From the NCBI GenBank assembly GCA_010909165.1, contig MU008162.1:124001-188000 (forward strand): a stretch of 64,000 nt of DNA, in the 5' to 3' direction. Positions 35,415-46,311 of this stretch are shown piece by piece. Origin of the DNA: Anthoceros angustus (taxonomy: Eukaryota; Plantae; Anthocerotophyta). The notes under the pieces were generated by a model. The model worked only from the letters and a program-made list of their open reading frames with translations. It did no database searches and was not told where the DNA came from. The position numbers were made by a program, and so were the translations under genes. The stretch's first letter is position 1; every line of letters begins with the position of its first letter.

Positions 35415-38400
35415 TTACCACACATCCCTCAAGTATCGGCCGTCCATCTGTAGTTTTTTCACCAGGGACTCTGCCTTGGAGGAATTCACGCATTCCTGCA
35501 CAACGATGGGAGCAGTCAGTGGATGTTGCAAAGAGCTGCCATGGTATTTTCTGAGAGGACGGTTTGGGCAGGTCAGGAGTTCGCACCTGCTCCATCACTA
35601 TTGTATGCAAGGTGCGATGCACATCCTTTGCCATTCCCTTGGCGTCGCCGCATACGTAGAGGTAACCACCGTCGGCGATCAAGTTCCAGAAGTTCTTAGC
35701 CTGCGTTCGGGCCACCGCCCATCAGAATTATGATGTTTGCAACCAGCAGAGGGGAATGGAGTACTGGGCACGTGAGAGAGCTCTACCTCTTGCTGCAACT
35801 TATGTTGAACGTACTCCTTGGCCGTTCTTTCCCGGGAGAAGGCTACATGCAGGGCACTGATTGTCCCGTTTTGGAGATAGGCGTTCAGCTCATCTTCGTA
35901 GATGTAATCCTGCAGCAAGCGTTACCAACGTAAGAGAAGATGAAGAAGCGTGGAGTGGAGTGTGGAAGCGAGAGCTCGACAGGTACGTACCTGCTTCCGG
36001 GTACGGCACCCGAAGAAGAGGACTGCAGGACCGAGCTTCTCACCAAGAGCCTGCAACGCTGCCCTTTCCTGCAGATACGCATGCAACCGTTCACAAAGAA
36101 TCAGCTTCTCCCCATGAAATGACATACCGCGAGCGGCACAGAGACGTTGAGATGATCAGACTCACCTGCAAGAAACCTCTAAAAGGTGCCAGGCCAGTGC
36201 CAGGCCCGATCATGACAATTGGGGTCGACGGATCTGAAGGTAGCTTGAAGTTAGACTGCCTTACGAAGATAGGAGCCCAACTGCAACCATTTTGGTCGCT
36301 CTCTGAAGCAGGGATGGATTGCTGCATTCAGAGTTCAAGCAATGTCAATGTGGGCTCTCAAAAGCCGAAAGCAGGCAAGTGCGGGAGGCTAGGATGTCAG
36401 CGACTAGCCTTCTTACCTTCATCCAAGTGGAGGCAACACCCCTGTGGATGCGACCAGTTGGACTTGGCCCATACACCAGCGCGCAGGTGACATGAATCCT
36501 CGTGGGAGAATATCTACCGGAAGAGACATTAAGGCCACGTCAGGGCAACCAGGAAAGATCAAAGCACATGGCTGAACCCACTCCGAGGATGTCACGCACC
36601 GTGGGGAAGAAGATATGGAATAATAGCGGGGTTGAAGCCGAGGAGAAACCGCAGCGAAGAACACCCCTAGAGGAAGCTTGACAGACTTAAAATGGGAAAG
36701 AACCTCCAACAGGCTTCGCTGGTCAGCGGCCACCCACTGGGCGAAGTCATCCTGGAAAGGAATACAGCACAAGTCGAAGAGTCTCAGGCCCAACGTCGCA
36801 TGTACATATCTGACCATAAAAATTCTTACTGACACCGGTAGCCAGTGTAAGGGTCTGCAAGCCAAACCTTTCCAGCAGGAGAAGCAAGATGTTTCAGCCG
36901 CTCAACCTCTTGAGGATCACCAGCGTAGGCAGCGAGCACAGCCAGTACAGTCTGCAATAAACTCTCAAAAACTCAGAACTCTTCGGTTCAGCAAAATAGG
37001 TCAAAGACAAGACCACAATGCTGCAGATCAGATCATGCAGCCGTCAGTAAAGGAGACGATACCTTCTTCGGAGGATTCGTGAGGTCCGCATACCGGGAAA
37101 GCGCATACTCGAGAGTACACGGTCCAGGGAAAGGAGCCGGCAGAGATGCACTGCCACCTGTAAGAGCGTCACCATTCACTGCATCTCCATGGAGGGAGAA
37201 AACAGTATCCAAAGGGTATCCAAGCAGGGCCGCTGCCTCCTCCACGCTCTCGACAGTATTCTCGGCATAGACACCCACATGATCACCAGTTTCATATCTG
37301 TAGAGCCAAGGAAAAGCTTAACCTCTAGTGACACCGTGCAACAGGTGCAACGCAGTGCTTTCACACGTTGGAACTTACGTAAGTCCAGTCTTCCCAACGT
37401 CGAACTCCAAGTGTATACACGATCGGTCAGAAAGTGTAGTATGAAGCTCCCTTCGCACAGCAACAATCGCCCTAAAACATGTGGAGAACGAGTAAGCATC
37501 CTTGCTGTTCCACGGCAGACCGAGGAGGAAAGACATTGTTGGCCGTCAGCTCAGTTCGAGAAAGACCTGGCAGGATGATGAACGTCGTAACCAACTTTCC
37601 CGTTCATGTGGACTGCATAAACTTCCTCGTGCAGTTTGGTGGCCTTATCGTGGAAGACTGTCCTGTACTCGGCAATGCTGGCTGTGTAGGGTGTGGCATC
37701 GTTGCCTTCATCATCTTCATCCCTAAGCAACGGATCAAGAAGAGGCCACAGCTGTTCACGCCTGCAACAGACAAAGACAAGGAGACGGGGCACACAAGAT
37801 GAGTGGTGGTAAACGCTGACAGGCCTGACTCAGAAGAGGGCAAGTAGCTTATGAATGGAAATAGATTCCTGAGGGTGCATATGAGTCCTTACCATGCTGT
37901 GAAATCATCCTCAATACACTGATCATCATCGCCAAGTCCACACTCGATCAATTTATTGCCACCTGCACTCGAGAAACGAGGTCATCTCTCAGAACAGCGA
38001 GTCTCGTGGCTGAAAGAATTGCCACCAGAGAATTCCGACCAGTGCTTACCATGGGCAGCAAAACACTTATCCATCACCAATGCAACCTGCAGACCATTGG
38101 TTCACATAGGTCAGCAATGTGGCCTGCAGGACTTGGCAGGTCCAAGTTATCCAACACGCAGGCACTGAACTAGTGGGAGCACACCACCAGACTAAAGGGT
38201 CACCTTATTGAAATGCTCATACTGCCGGTTGCCAAGGCCAAAGATGCCATATGTCATAGCCGAAAGCAGTTGCTCGTCTCCTTCCTGGATCGCCAGAAAG
38301 AGCACAGGGGTATGAACAACAGGAAGCAGGGGTTTCCTTCACAGCCGCAAAGTGAATTCATCGAAACCACACATACCTCGGGAAGGGATTCGAGCCACTT

Positions 38401-39200
38401 GTAAAATCTAGCAGCGTTATCGGTAGGCTCACCATCCCCGTAGCTGCAAAGGGGATGCAGAAACTTATCAGCACGCCAAGGCCAAAACCACCCCCCGGGA
38501 GGACACAACGAGGATCCAGCCAACAACTCGTGGAACCAGCCTGTACTCACGTGGCAATCATGAACAGTGCAAGCGACTCCTTGGCTAGCTTGGCCTTGTA
38601 GTGATCGTCATCAGTACCGTAGTCATCCTGCCAAAGCACAGAGCGGAGACAGGCGCTTAACACACAAGATCTCCCCTCCGGAGTCCCCCATCCTAAATTC
38701 ACACAGCGCTCAGCCGTCCGTACTCCCCCGCTCCTTCCTTACCAAATCAACCACTTGGAAAACCACTTTCTCTTGATATCTAGACTTCCCTTCCTCGGCA
38801 AGAGCCTGCAAACCCACCAGCAGCGTGAGAAGCGCACGCAAACAAGGCAGCACCCAGCTGCATCCACACGAATCCACCCCCTGCCCCCCCACCCATCAAT
38901 CCACCCATCCAACCCCACCGAGGCCGGCACGCAAGGAAGCCACCCACAAACCTTAGCGAATCCTTCCGCCGTCCCCGTCTGCGTGCCGAAAAACACCTTC
39001 ACCTTCCTCTTGGGCGACTCATCCACCGTGTCCACGGCCTCGTCCTCGATCACCTTGTACACATGGGTCTCCTCCGCAACCTTCCCCCCGCCTACCCGGC
39101 GCCACAGCAGCAATCCCACGCTCACAACCACGGCGCCCACCACAAGCCCGATCAGCACGATCGTGGACGCGCCGTCACCCAGCCCGGCGGCGACTGCCAT
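35415..39200 (-). CDS. CPR: NADPH-cytochrome P450 reductase (multi-exon)
   Basis: N-terminal membrane anchor; [14 protein letters not shown]; [16 protein letters not shown]; [12 protein letters not shown]; [16 protein letters not shown]; LFFGCR; [14 protein letters not shown]; C-terminal GRYLRDVW with the stop at 35415-35417. Confidence 0.97.
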
Positions 39201-40356
39201 CGTACCGCCCACCTCGCTCCCCGCTCACAAAACCACAAACCCACAAACGCAGCTACGCCCCGGATCTGAATTCCGCCCCACCCACGTCTGCATATGAAGG
39301 TAGCTGCAGCCTCCAAATGCCGAGAATCAGGACCCAAATCTCGGTACGCCGCACTCCGCTGCTTGGGGGCTCTGCTGGGCCGGGCTCGTTGCTGCGCTCC
39401 GAGGCGTCCGGATCAGGACCCGCGCCCCAACAAACAACGAGCCTGGGGCCTCCCGGGGCGGGAACGCAGCAAGTCCCCGAGGCCCAGAGCCGCGCAGCAG
39501 GGGCAGCAGCAGCAGCGGCCGAGTCAGAGCAGTCCAGCGGCCGTGGCAGCGGCGAGGACCATATGCAGCGGCTCCGCGACAGAAGCGGCAGCGGCAACGC
39601 GGAAGAAGGCCGAAGGCGAGCTCCCTCATTCAGGGCGGAGCATGATTGGAGGAAGGCGGGCCCCGGGCCGCCTCTCTTTCGCCCACACACACACACAGCA
39701 CACAGGAGAAGAAGGAATTGCCGACAGGAAATGCTGCACCGCGAAAGCTCCAAGTCGGCCAAGCCCTTTTGTCCGTACCCTCGGCTGGGCGAATATCTTG
39801 GACCCCGGCCTCTGCCTTCCCTCACCCTTCCTGGGCCACACGTTAGCCCAGCATCTGTGGAAAATAGCTCCGGCCTCCATCCATTTCGCCCTCGACAAAA
39901 ATAATTTTCTCTCCGCCGTTCGCGTCTGCGTTGGCGTGCATCTCCCCATCTCCCGCCGCTGCACAAGTGGAATGTCAGCGCCCAAGTGTCCGGAACCTGG
40001 CCACCAGCTCCCCGCGCCCTTCGTTGCCCACCACTTCAACCTAACCAGCGACTTCAACCTAACCACCTTGATCTCTGTGGTCATCCACGCTCTTTCGTTG
40101 GCCGCTGCTGGCCGCTGGCCGGTCGACCCGCCCGCACGTCTCCCTCGCGCCGAAGCTTCCCACGCGCCAGCGTTACAACGGAGGTTGCCGCGTCGTCACT
40201 CACACACATATTCGCACCGTGCCGTAGTTGCCCACCGGCTTGTACGCGCTGTGATAGTTTCATATTCTGGAAAATGCTAGCGGCCCGGGTACACGCTTCG
40301 TGACCAAATCTCTGCAGACTCCACGGTCGCAGTGCTGTGGCGGGAGGCCTCTGTGA

Positions 40357-41954
40357 TCAGACCAGGATGCCGTGCTGCCGGAGGTCTTGTACCAGGGCTT
40401 CGTCGGTCCGCAACATCCCGCACAGATTGCATTCCATCCCGCTCGCCGGCGGCGGCAGGGGAGCCATGCTCCCGCCGCACTGCTCCTCTGGACAAAGGTA
40501 CTTGACGAAGAAGAGAGCATGAGGGAAGTCATCATCTTCTTCATCTTCTTCTTCGTCTTCTTCTTCTTCGGCTCCTGCCTCGGCTTCTTCTTCGTCTTCT
40601 TCTCCTCCGGCTACTGCTTCGGCTTCTGTCGGCGAGGATATGGCGAGCTTCCCGATATCCTTGCCTGCATCACTCGGTGAGAAAACGGCATCTTCGTCGT
40701 CTGGATCTTCGTCGTCGTCCACATCTTCTTCGTTGCAGTTGTCAACCCATTGCCTCTCCACTAGGCACCTGGAGCAATCGCACTGGAAGCCGTACTCTTG
40801 AGACAGTTTCTTCTGCCGGGCCGCGTAAGGCCAGTTGATAGGGAAGTAGCTGAGACATACTTCTGTTCCGGTGTCGATGTCATGCAACGCTCTGATAGAG
40901 ATGTCGGTGTTGCCGGTGCCGGGCCTCTCTAAGTAGTCAAATCTGCACAGCGTGAGAGGAAAACAGATAGAAGGGATAGAAGGATAGGATCGCCCGACAC
41001 AAGCAAAAGAAGGAAGGGAGAAGAAGAGGGATTGGATTATTTTAGTCCACTGAGGACGGCATTCCCGTCCTCAGTGGAAAGAAAGGAAGGAGATGAGGAC
41101 AGTGTGGAGGATCTTATACCTGCAGGCATTGGGAAGGCAGTTGTGATTGAACAAGGAAGCCTGCGAGTAGAAAGCATAAGCTCTCACACTGCGCGCATCG
41201 TCCTTGGTAGGCGGCGCCAGCAAACCGAAGGCGTTGATCCGATCTTTAGCCAAAAGCGAGCCGGAGAGATCAAGATCGAACAGTTTCGGCAGGAAGGCGT
41301 CCCCGACCAGATCCTGTACAAGCCGATGCACATTCCGGACACTATCGTCCACCTCCACTGGCCCGCTCAGCTGCAGCAGCTTCTCAAACGATTGCGGTGC
41401 TGTGACTGCCAGGTTGTGAGCTGCAATGAGGAAGCGCGCCTGCATCGACACCAAGGGACTCAGACATCCTCATCCTCACTGTGCAGCACCTGCTTCCCCC
41501 GCCAGAACCACAACCAGAACCGGATCCACCGGTCCCAGACAAGCAGGCAGGCATCCAGATCCACTACACAGCTGAACGACAAGAGAAGCCATCAATCACG
41601 TGCCTGTGTCTCCACCTCCTCCTCCTCCCCGGCCGACACTAGCGCTCCTAGAGCCTGGCACACCCAGGGCGTGTGCGAGGTGCTGCTGGCTTCAATTTGG
41701 CACTGCGACGAGCAGAAGAAGGCAGCGAAGCAGGAAGAACAGGGAAATCCTTCGGGTCCGTCCACTGGCCCAGGCAGGCTTCTCACACACTGGTGACAGC
41801 AATTCTTGGCTCTGGCTGCCCCTGCATCCATGTACACCAAGATTGGTGCTTCCTTCACCAGAACCTCTCCTCCAATCACTCTGCGTGCTGCAACCAGGCC
41901 CCGGCCCCGGCCTTCGATTTCCGCCGCCTTCACAATTCCCATCTCCATCGACAT
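40357..41954 (-). CDS. ASHR2: SET/MYND (SMYD) lysine methyltransferase, ASHR2-like, 3 exons
   Basis: GRGRGLVAAR (SET-N), MYND C..C...C..C...FCS..C...HTPWVC, ASLFNHNCLPNACR|FDY, EVCLSYFP, post-SET YGFQCDCSRC, an acidic tract, and FPHALFFVKYLC...CGGSMAPLPP...MECNLCG. Confidence 0.88.
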
Positions 41955-41972
41955 TCTGTCTTCACGTTCCGC

Positions 41973-42090
41973 CTTCGCATTCAGAATTTGCATTCCGACT
42001 TGGCATTCAGAATTCGCATTCAGGGTTCGCGTTCGCATCCAGAATTCACATTCAGAATTCGCGATCGCATTCAATTCGCATTCGCATCCG
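41973..42090. repeat. Degenerate (cgcattcagaatt)-type short repeats in the ASHR2 leader
   Basis: Repeated gcattc/agaattc units. Confidence 0.7.
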
Positions 42091-42544
42091 GCGGCTGCGC
42101 AGCCCACCGCGCTGTAAGCCAGGCGCGCTCGAACAGCTCTAGGGCTTCCCCGCCCTTAAACCCTGACCATGGTTAAGAGCAGGTTAGGTTTAACCATGTC
42201 AGGGGCAGCAGAAGAGGAAACTTTCGCATTAAGGCGGGTCGAGCCTATGTATATGTAGATGCGTTTTGTGATGTTTTCTCTACCTATCTGGGCCTGCTGA
42301 TGAAACGTTTCGCCCGTTTCCTATCCTTGAGGGGCAAAAGCTCTAGGGCTTGGCCCGTCCTTAAACCCTGACGACGGTCTATATCAGGTTAAGATCCTTC
42401 CAGGCGAGCTGAAAATCGCGCAATTCTCTGCGTCGGGACCAACCGGGAGTGGGAAGCTGATCGGCGGAGCGAATTGCGGAAACCTATTCATGTTGGCCAG
42501 CCTGCTCGCGACTACTGTATGTGGGCATTGTCCGTGCCGCCGCA

Positions 42545-45500
42545 ATGGGTGTGCAGCAGGCCGATGCTAATGCCACGGTATCGGGATCGGATTTAGTCAC
42601 AGAAGAAAGCATCCTCGGTGCTTTGAATGCGGCTCGGGAGGTGAATTTCTTCCCAATCTCCGTGCTCTGCTTCTGGGGGAGCTGCCGGTGGAAGATCTGT
42701 GGCCGGTCTCACTCACTGTGGGCTTGATTTCAGGGTAATGTGACTGAATACAATAAACTGCTGGGACTTCTGAAGGATGTTCAGCTGGATGATCCTGCCA
42801 GCACTGCAGGTCTCATGGTTGGTTTCTGAACCTGCCAGCACTGCTGCCCTATGGGTTGGGTTCCAGAATCGTGCTTCTTGAAGTATTTGAGCCTCTAAAG
42901 TTTTTTTATGCTTCCCATTTCGCAGGTGCGGCTCAAGATGCTGACCCACAGAGTGTCATGGATAGATCAGAGAGTGCATGAGGGTCTTCTTACTCACGTA
43001 AGCGTAGCGATAGGATTATCGAATTTGTGTGCTTGTTGCAGGCCCCGGCATTTTGAATTTTTTGTTAAAGATATTGGTACTGCTGGGTACAGGTTTTGGG
43101 TATGAGCATCTGGCTGTACGAACGAGGAGTAGGAGAAGCTCTGCTAGAATTTGTGGTTAATTTGGTGAGCTGCATCACTTTTCTGTAGTCGGTGCAAGGA
43201 TCTGTGTACTGTAGGTCCGATGCAGGGATGGTTACATGGGTTTTGTGGTCGTTGTGGACAGGCCACTGCGAAGGGCGGATGCAGAGATATGTGTATAGAC
43301 ATGCTCGTCCGGAATTTTTTGCCTCCCTCTTGTGGGTTGCCGGCCTTCGTGGATTCTCACCACAGGCATAGATGGAGGAGTTCTTTGGCTGCAATGGAAA
43401 AGGCACGTGGTGCTAAGGCTGAGCACCTGGCAAGGAAAGACGATTCTGTGCAAATCCTGCACACAGCAATAGCAAGCCTATTGGAGCTGGTTCCAACGTC
43501 TCGCCTGGGCCTGCAGTCAAGGGTCTTCAAAATGTTCCCCCACAAAACTGCTGCGAAAGAGGTGTGCTTTGAACGTCCAGAAGTGGTCTTGCAATCTTGT
43601 TGTGGGAAGAGGATAATATAATGTTGTCCTTGTCTCGTTTGTGAGAGTAATGCCCGTTTGTCGCTCTGCAGTGGATTGTTCTTTATCTGGAGAGCATGTT
43701 GCACCTGGACAGGAATACTACGGGTGATGTCAAACGTGGACTTATGCTTCCAGCAATTGTAGACAAACTTATGGAGATCGATGTGAGCATAGTCTTGAAC
43801 TGGAACATTGTCGGTCTGAGTTTGTGTGAATGTGCTTGATATCAGAGCAGGGAATGCAAATAGAGAGTTATATCTTCATTGGCGGGGTTGTGTTACCTCT
43901 AGCTGTGGGCTTACTTGTCCCAAATGTTGAACATGGATGCCAATCTGGTTTTCAGGTAGAGATAAGATGGGAGGATATCTTGCGAGGAGAGGATAGTAGC
44001 AAGGTGCTCTTATTCCACATGGACTTGGAGGAGGCTAATGAGCGGGATCAAGGAAACTTGGAAGTTTCTGAGCCGTCGGGACCTGGAATTGAGGTAGCAT
44101 TCTCGACCTCTATGCTGTTTTGGTTTCTGACTGGCGGGTTGCTGACTTTTGTGTAGAATACCTGGTAGCCTAGTTGACCTGGGTGCTTGCATGCGCAGCA
44201 TGGATTATTGTCAAGGTCTGCAAAGGGGACACCACCTACGCTGGATGAGATGGCAGACAAAATGGATGTGATGATGGATTTGGTGCTTCAGTATTTACAG
44301 ACCTTGCAGGATGAAAGGAGTGCTCTTCAGGTATTTTTACCAGTGAATAGCGTGATAGGATTTTCTGATTTGATAGTTCCTAGTCCAGCTTAGTTTTCAC
44401 TATGGAAGATGGAAGTTCCTGAATGTTGTTCGTACTCTGGGAACTTTAGCAGGTCTTTGAGACGCTGATGCGCTCCTTTTATTCTACTATTTTGGGTACT
44501 TTTAAACCAAAATTTACTCAGGTGAGCCTTCGCACAGTTTACGCTGAGTTATGTTTTCACAAAAGAGGGAGGTTTACTGCTCCTCAGCTTCCTTTGGACT
44601 CATCGTTTCATTTGGGGTTTGCGCACAGTTTCTTCTTTTCTATTTTTGCTCGCTTGCACCGTCAACATGTGGGGGAGATTTTGCATCAAAGCTCTGTAAC
44701 ATTGTGATCAACAGTCATGATCCCCCAACTACCAGGTACAGATAAGATGGGTGTTGAATTTGTTGCTTCCATTGAAAATACGTTTTGTGGAGTATTGGGC
44801 TGAGATAATGTGATTCATTTGTGCAGAATGTCAGCAGCAGCATACCTTGCCAGTTACCTAGCCCGTGCAAAATACTTGCCTCTTGGTATCGTCGTCGGCT
44901 GCCTGAAAAGGTGCATGACATGATGGAGTATGTTGCTTTGGCCAATGTCTAGTAGGACTTGTGTTTCTAAGTTGGAGTTGTTATGCCTGCGGGCTGGGGC
45001 TTTCTGCAGTTTTATTTTGGAGCCTATTTGTTGCTTACAGCTGAGAATTTCAGGTTAACGGACTGGTGTGTGACTTTTTCCCGAGCCCAGGGTGATGAAA
45101 CGGCTGATTGTGGCGTTTTCTACTCTGCTTGTCAGGTCTGTGCTTTTGATGTGTGGATAATTTGAAGGTTTTGTGAGTACGCAATGTTAGAGAATCCTAA
45201 CTGTTAGTTATGGGTGTTCTGGTCTTGTAGGCTATCATGTATGTCCTTTGTTTCAAGCTCAGCGACCTAGTAGATGACAGCGAGCATAAGCGTGTGCTTC
45301 AAAGTCTGCACCTTAAGGAGCTTTTCGAGCACAAAAGGCTCAATCCTTTGAAGGTAGGGTTCGTGGTACCCAGTGTCTATCACGCTTGCTGTGTGTGGAA
45401 GAAGTGTATGAGACTCAGGTGCTGGCTCAATTGACAGGTATGCTTGCCCTCTGTGGTGGAGGAGTTCTTCAGGCAAGCAGAATGTGTGCACCTGCTGGAT

Positions 45501-45987
45501 TGTCGAGATTTGATGGAGCAGAACAAAAAGGAAAACGAGCAACAACTGAACTGGTTTGATGGCAAGCATCCCATGGACATGTTCTTCCCATTCGATCCCT
45601 ACTTGCTGCGGCAGTCCGAAAGGTCAGCACAAGTCGTTGATAGTCCGCTGATAGCAATTTGCAGCGTGGTGAAAGTCCGTTTCTCTGACTACTTGTTTCC
45701 ATATCACTGACTGCAGACATATCAGACCCAACTTCCTATTTTGGTCCATGGTGCATCCCCCCTGTGATGATGACGTGTCAGATGTTGACGATGCTGAAGA
45801 CTACGAAGTAGCCGACGTTACTGGAACTTCCTGCGACATGGATGGTGCTAAAAGCTTGGAACCTGAGCACCGCCAAATGTACCACCAGGATGAGGAGTGC
45901 GGGTTCTCCTTTGAAGAGTCTATGGAATACATGTCCCTCTCCACGTTACCGGCACGGTTACCTGCTGTGTTGCAGCGTACTCAGTGA
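42545..45987 (+). CDS. RRN3: RNA polymerase I transcription initiation factor RRN3 (multi-exon)
   Basis: Exon motifs CIDMLVRNFLPP, LLELVPTS...KMFPHK, IVDKLMEID|VEIRWEDIL, ADKMDVMM, KFTQ|FLLFYFCSL, AYLASYLARAK, FYSACQ|AIMYVLCF, LNPLK|VCLPSVVEEF and FFPFDPYLL. Confidence 0.92.
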
Positions 45988-46311
45988 CATGGGTGAAGCT
46001 TTGCTTCTATGAATGTACACTTAATGTGGTGTACCTCTTAGATTTAGCGATAGCAGCCAGAGTGCTTCAGAAGAGGAAGCACTGGCTGTGAATTACCAAA
46101 TTTTGTTCTATCACCCGGCGTATGAAATAAACCTCGTCTCCCTGTGCCATGTAATTCTCTTACTCTGCAGAGTGTGCAAAGTTTGTTCTTGATGTCGTGT
46201 GCCAAGTGCCCCAGCGCTCTCCAACAAGAGGCTACGCTGCTATCGCTTCCATGTTGCTCATTCTTTTAGTCTTGGTGTAAGCGATGGTGGATTCACGATC
46301 TCGTTGGCTTC

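Noticed and set aside
39253-40303. Long overlapping ORFs (328, 237 and 195 aa) between CPR and ASHR2
   Set aside because: This is GC-rich, low-complexity leader/promoter DNA with no domain motifs. Open frames on both strands are expected at this composition.
42268-42335. Possible C/D-box snoRNA (gtgatg...ctga.tgaa...ttga)
   Set aside because: Boxes C and D are both imperfect, there is no convincing terminal stem, and I cannot verify an rRNA guide.
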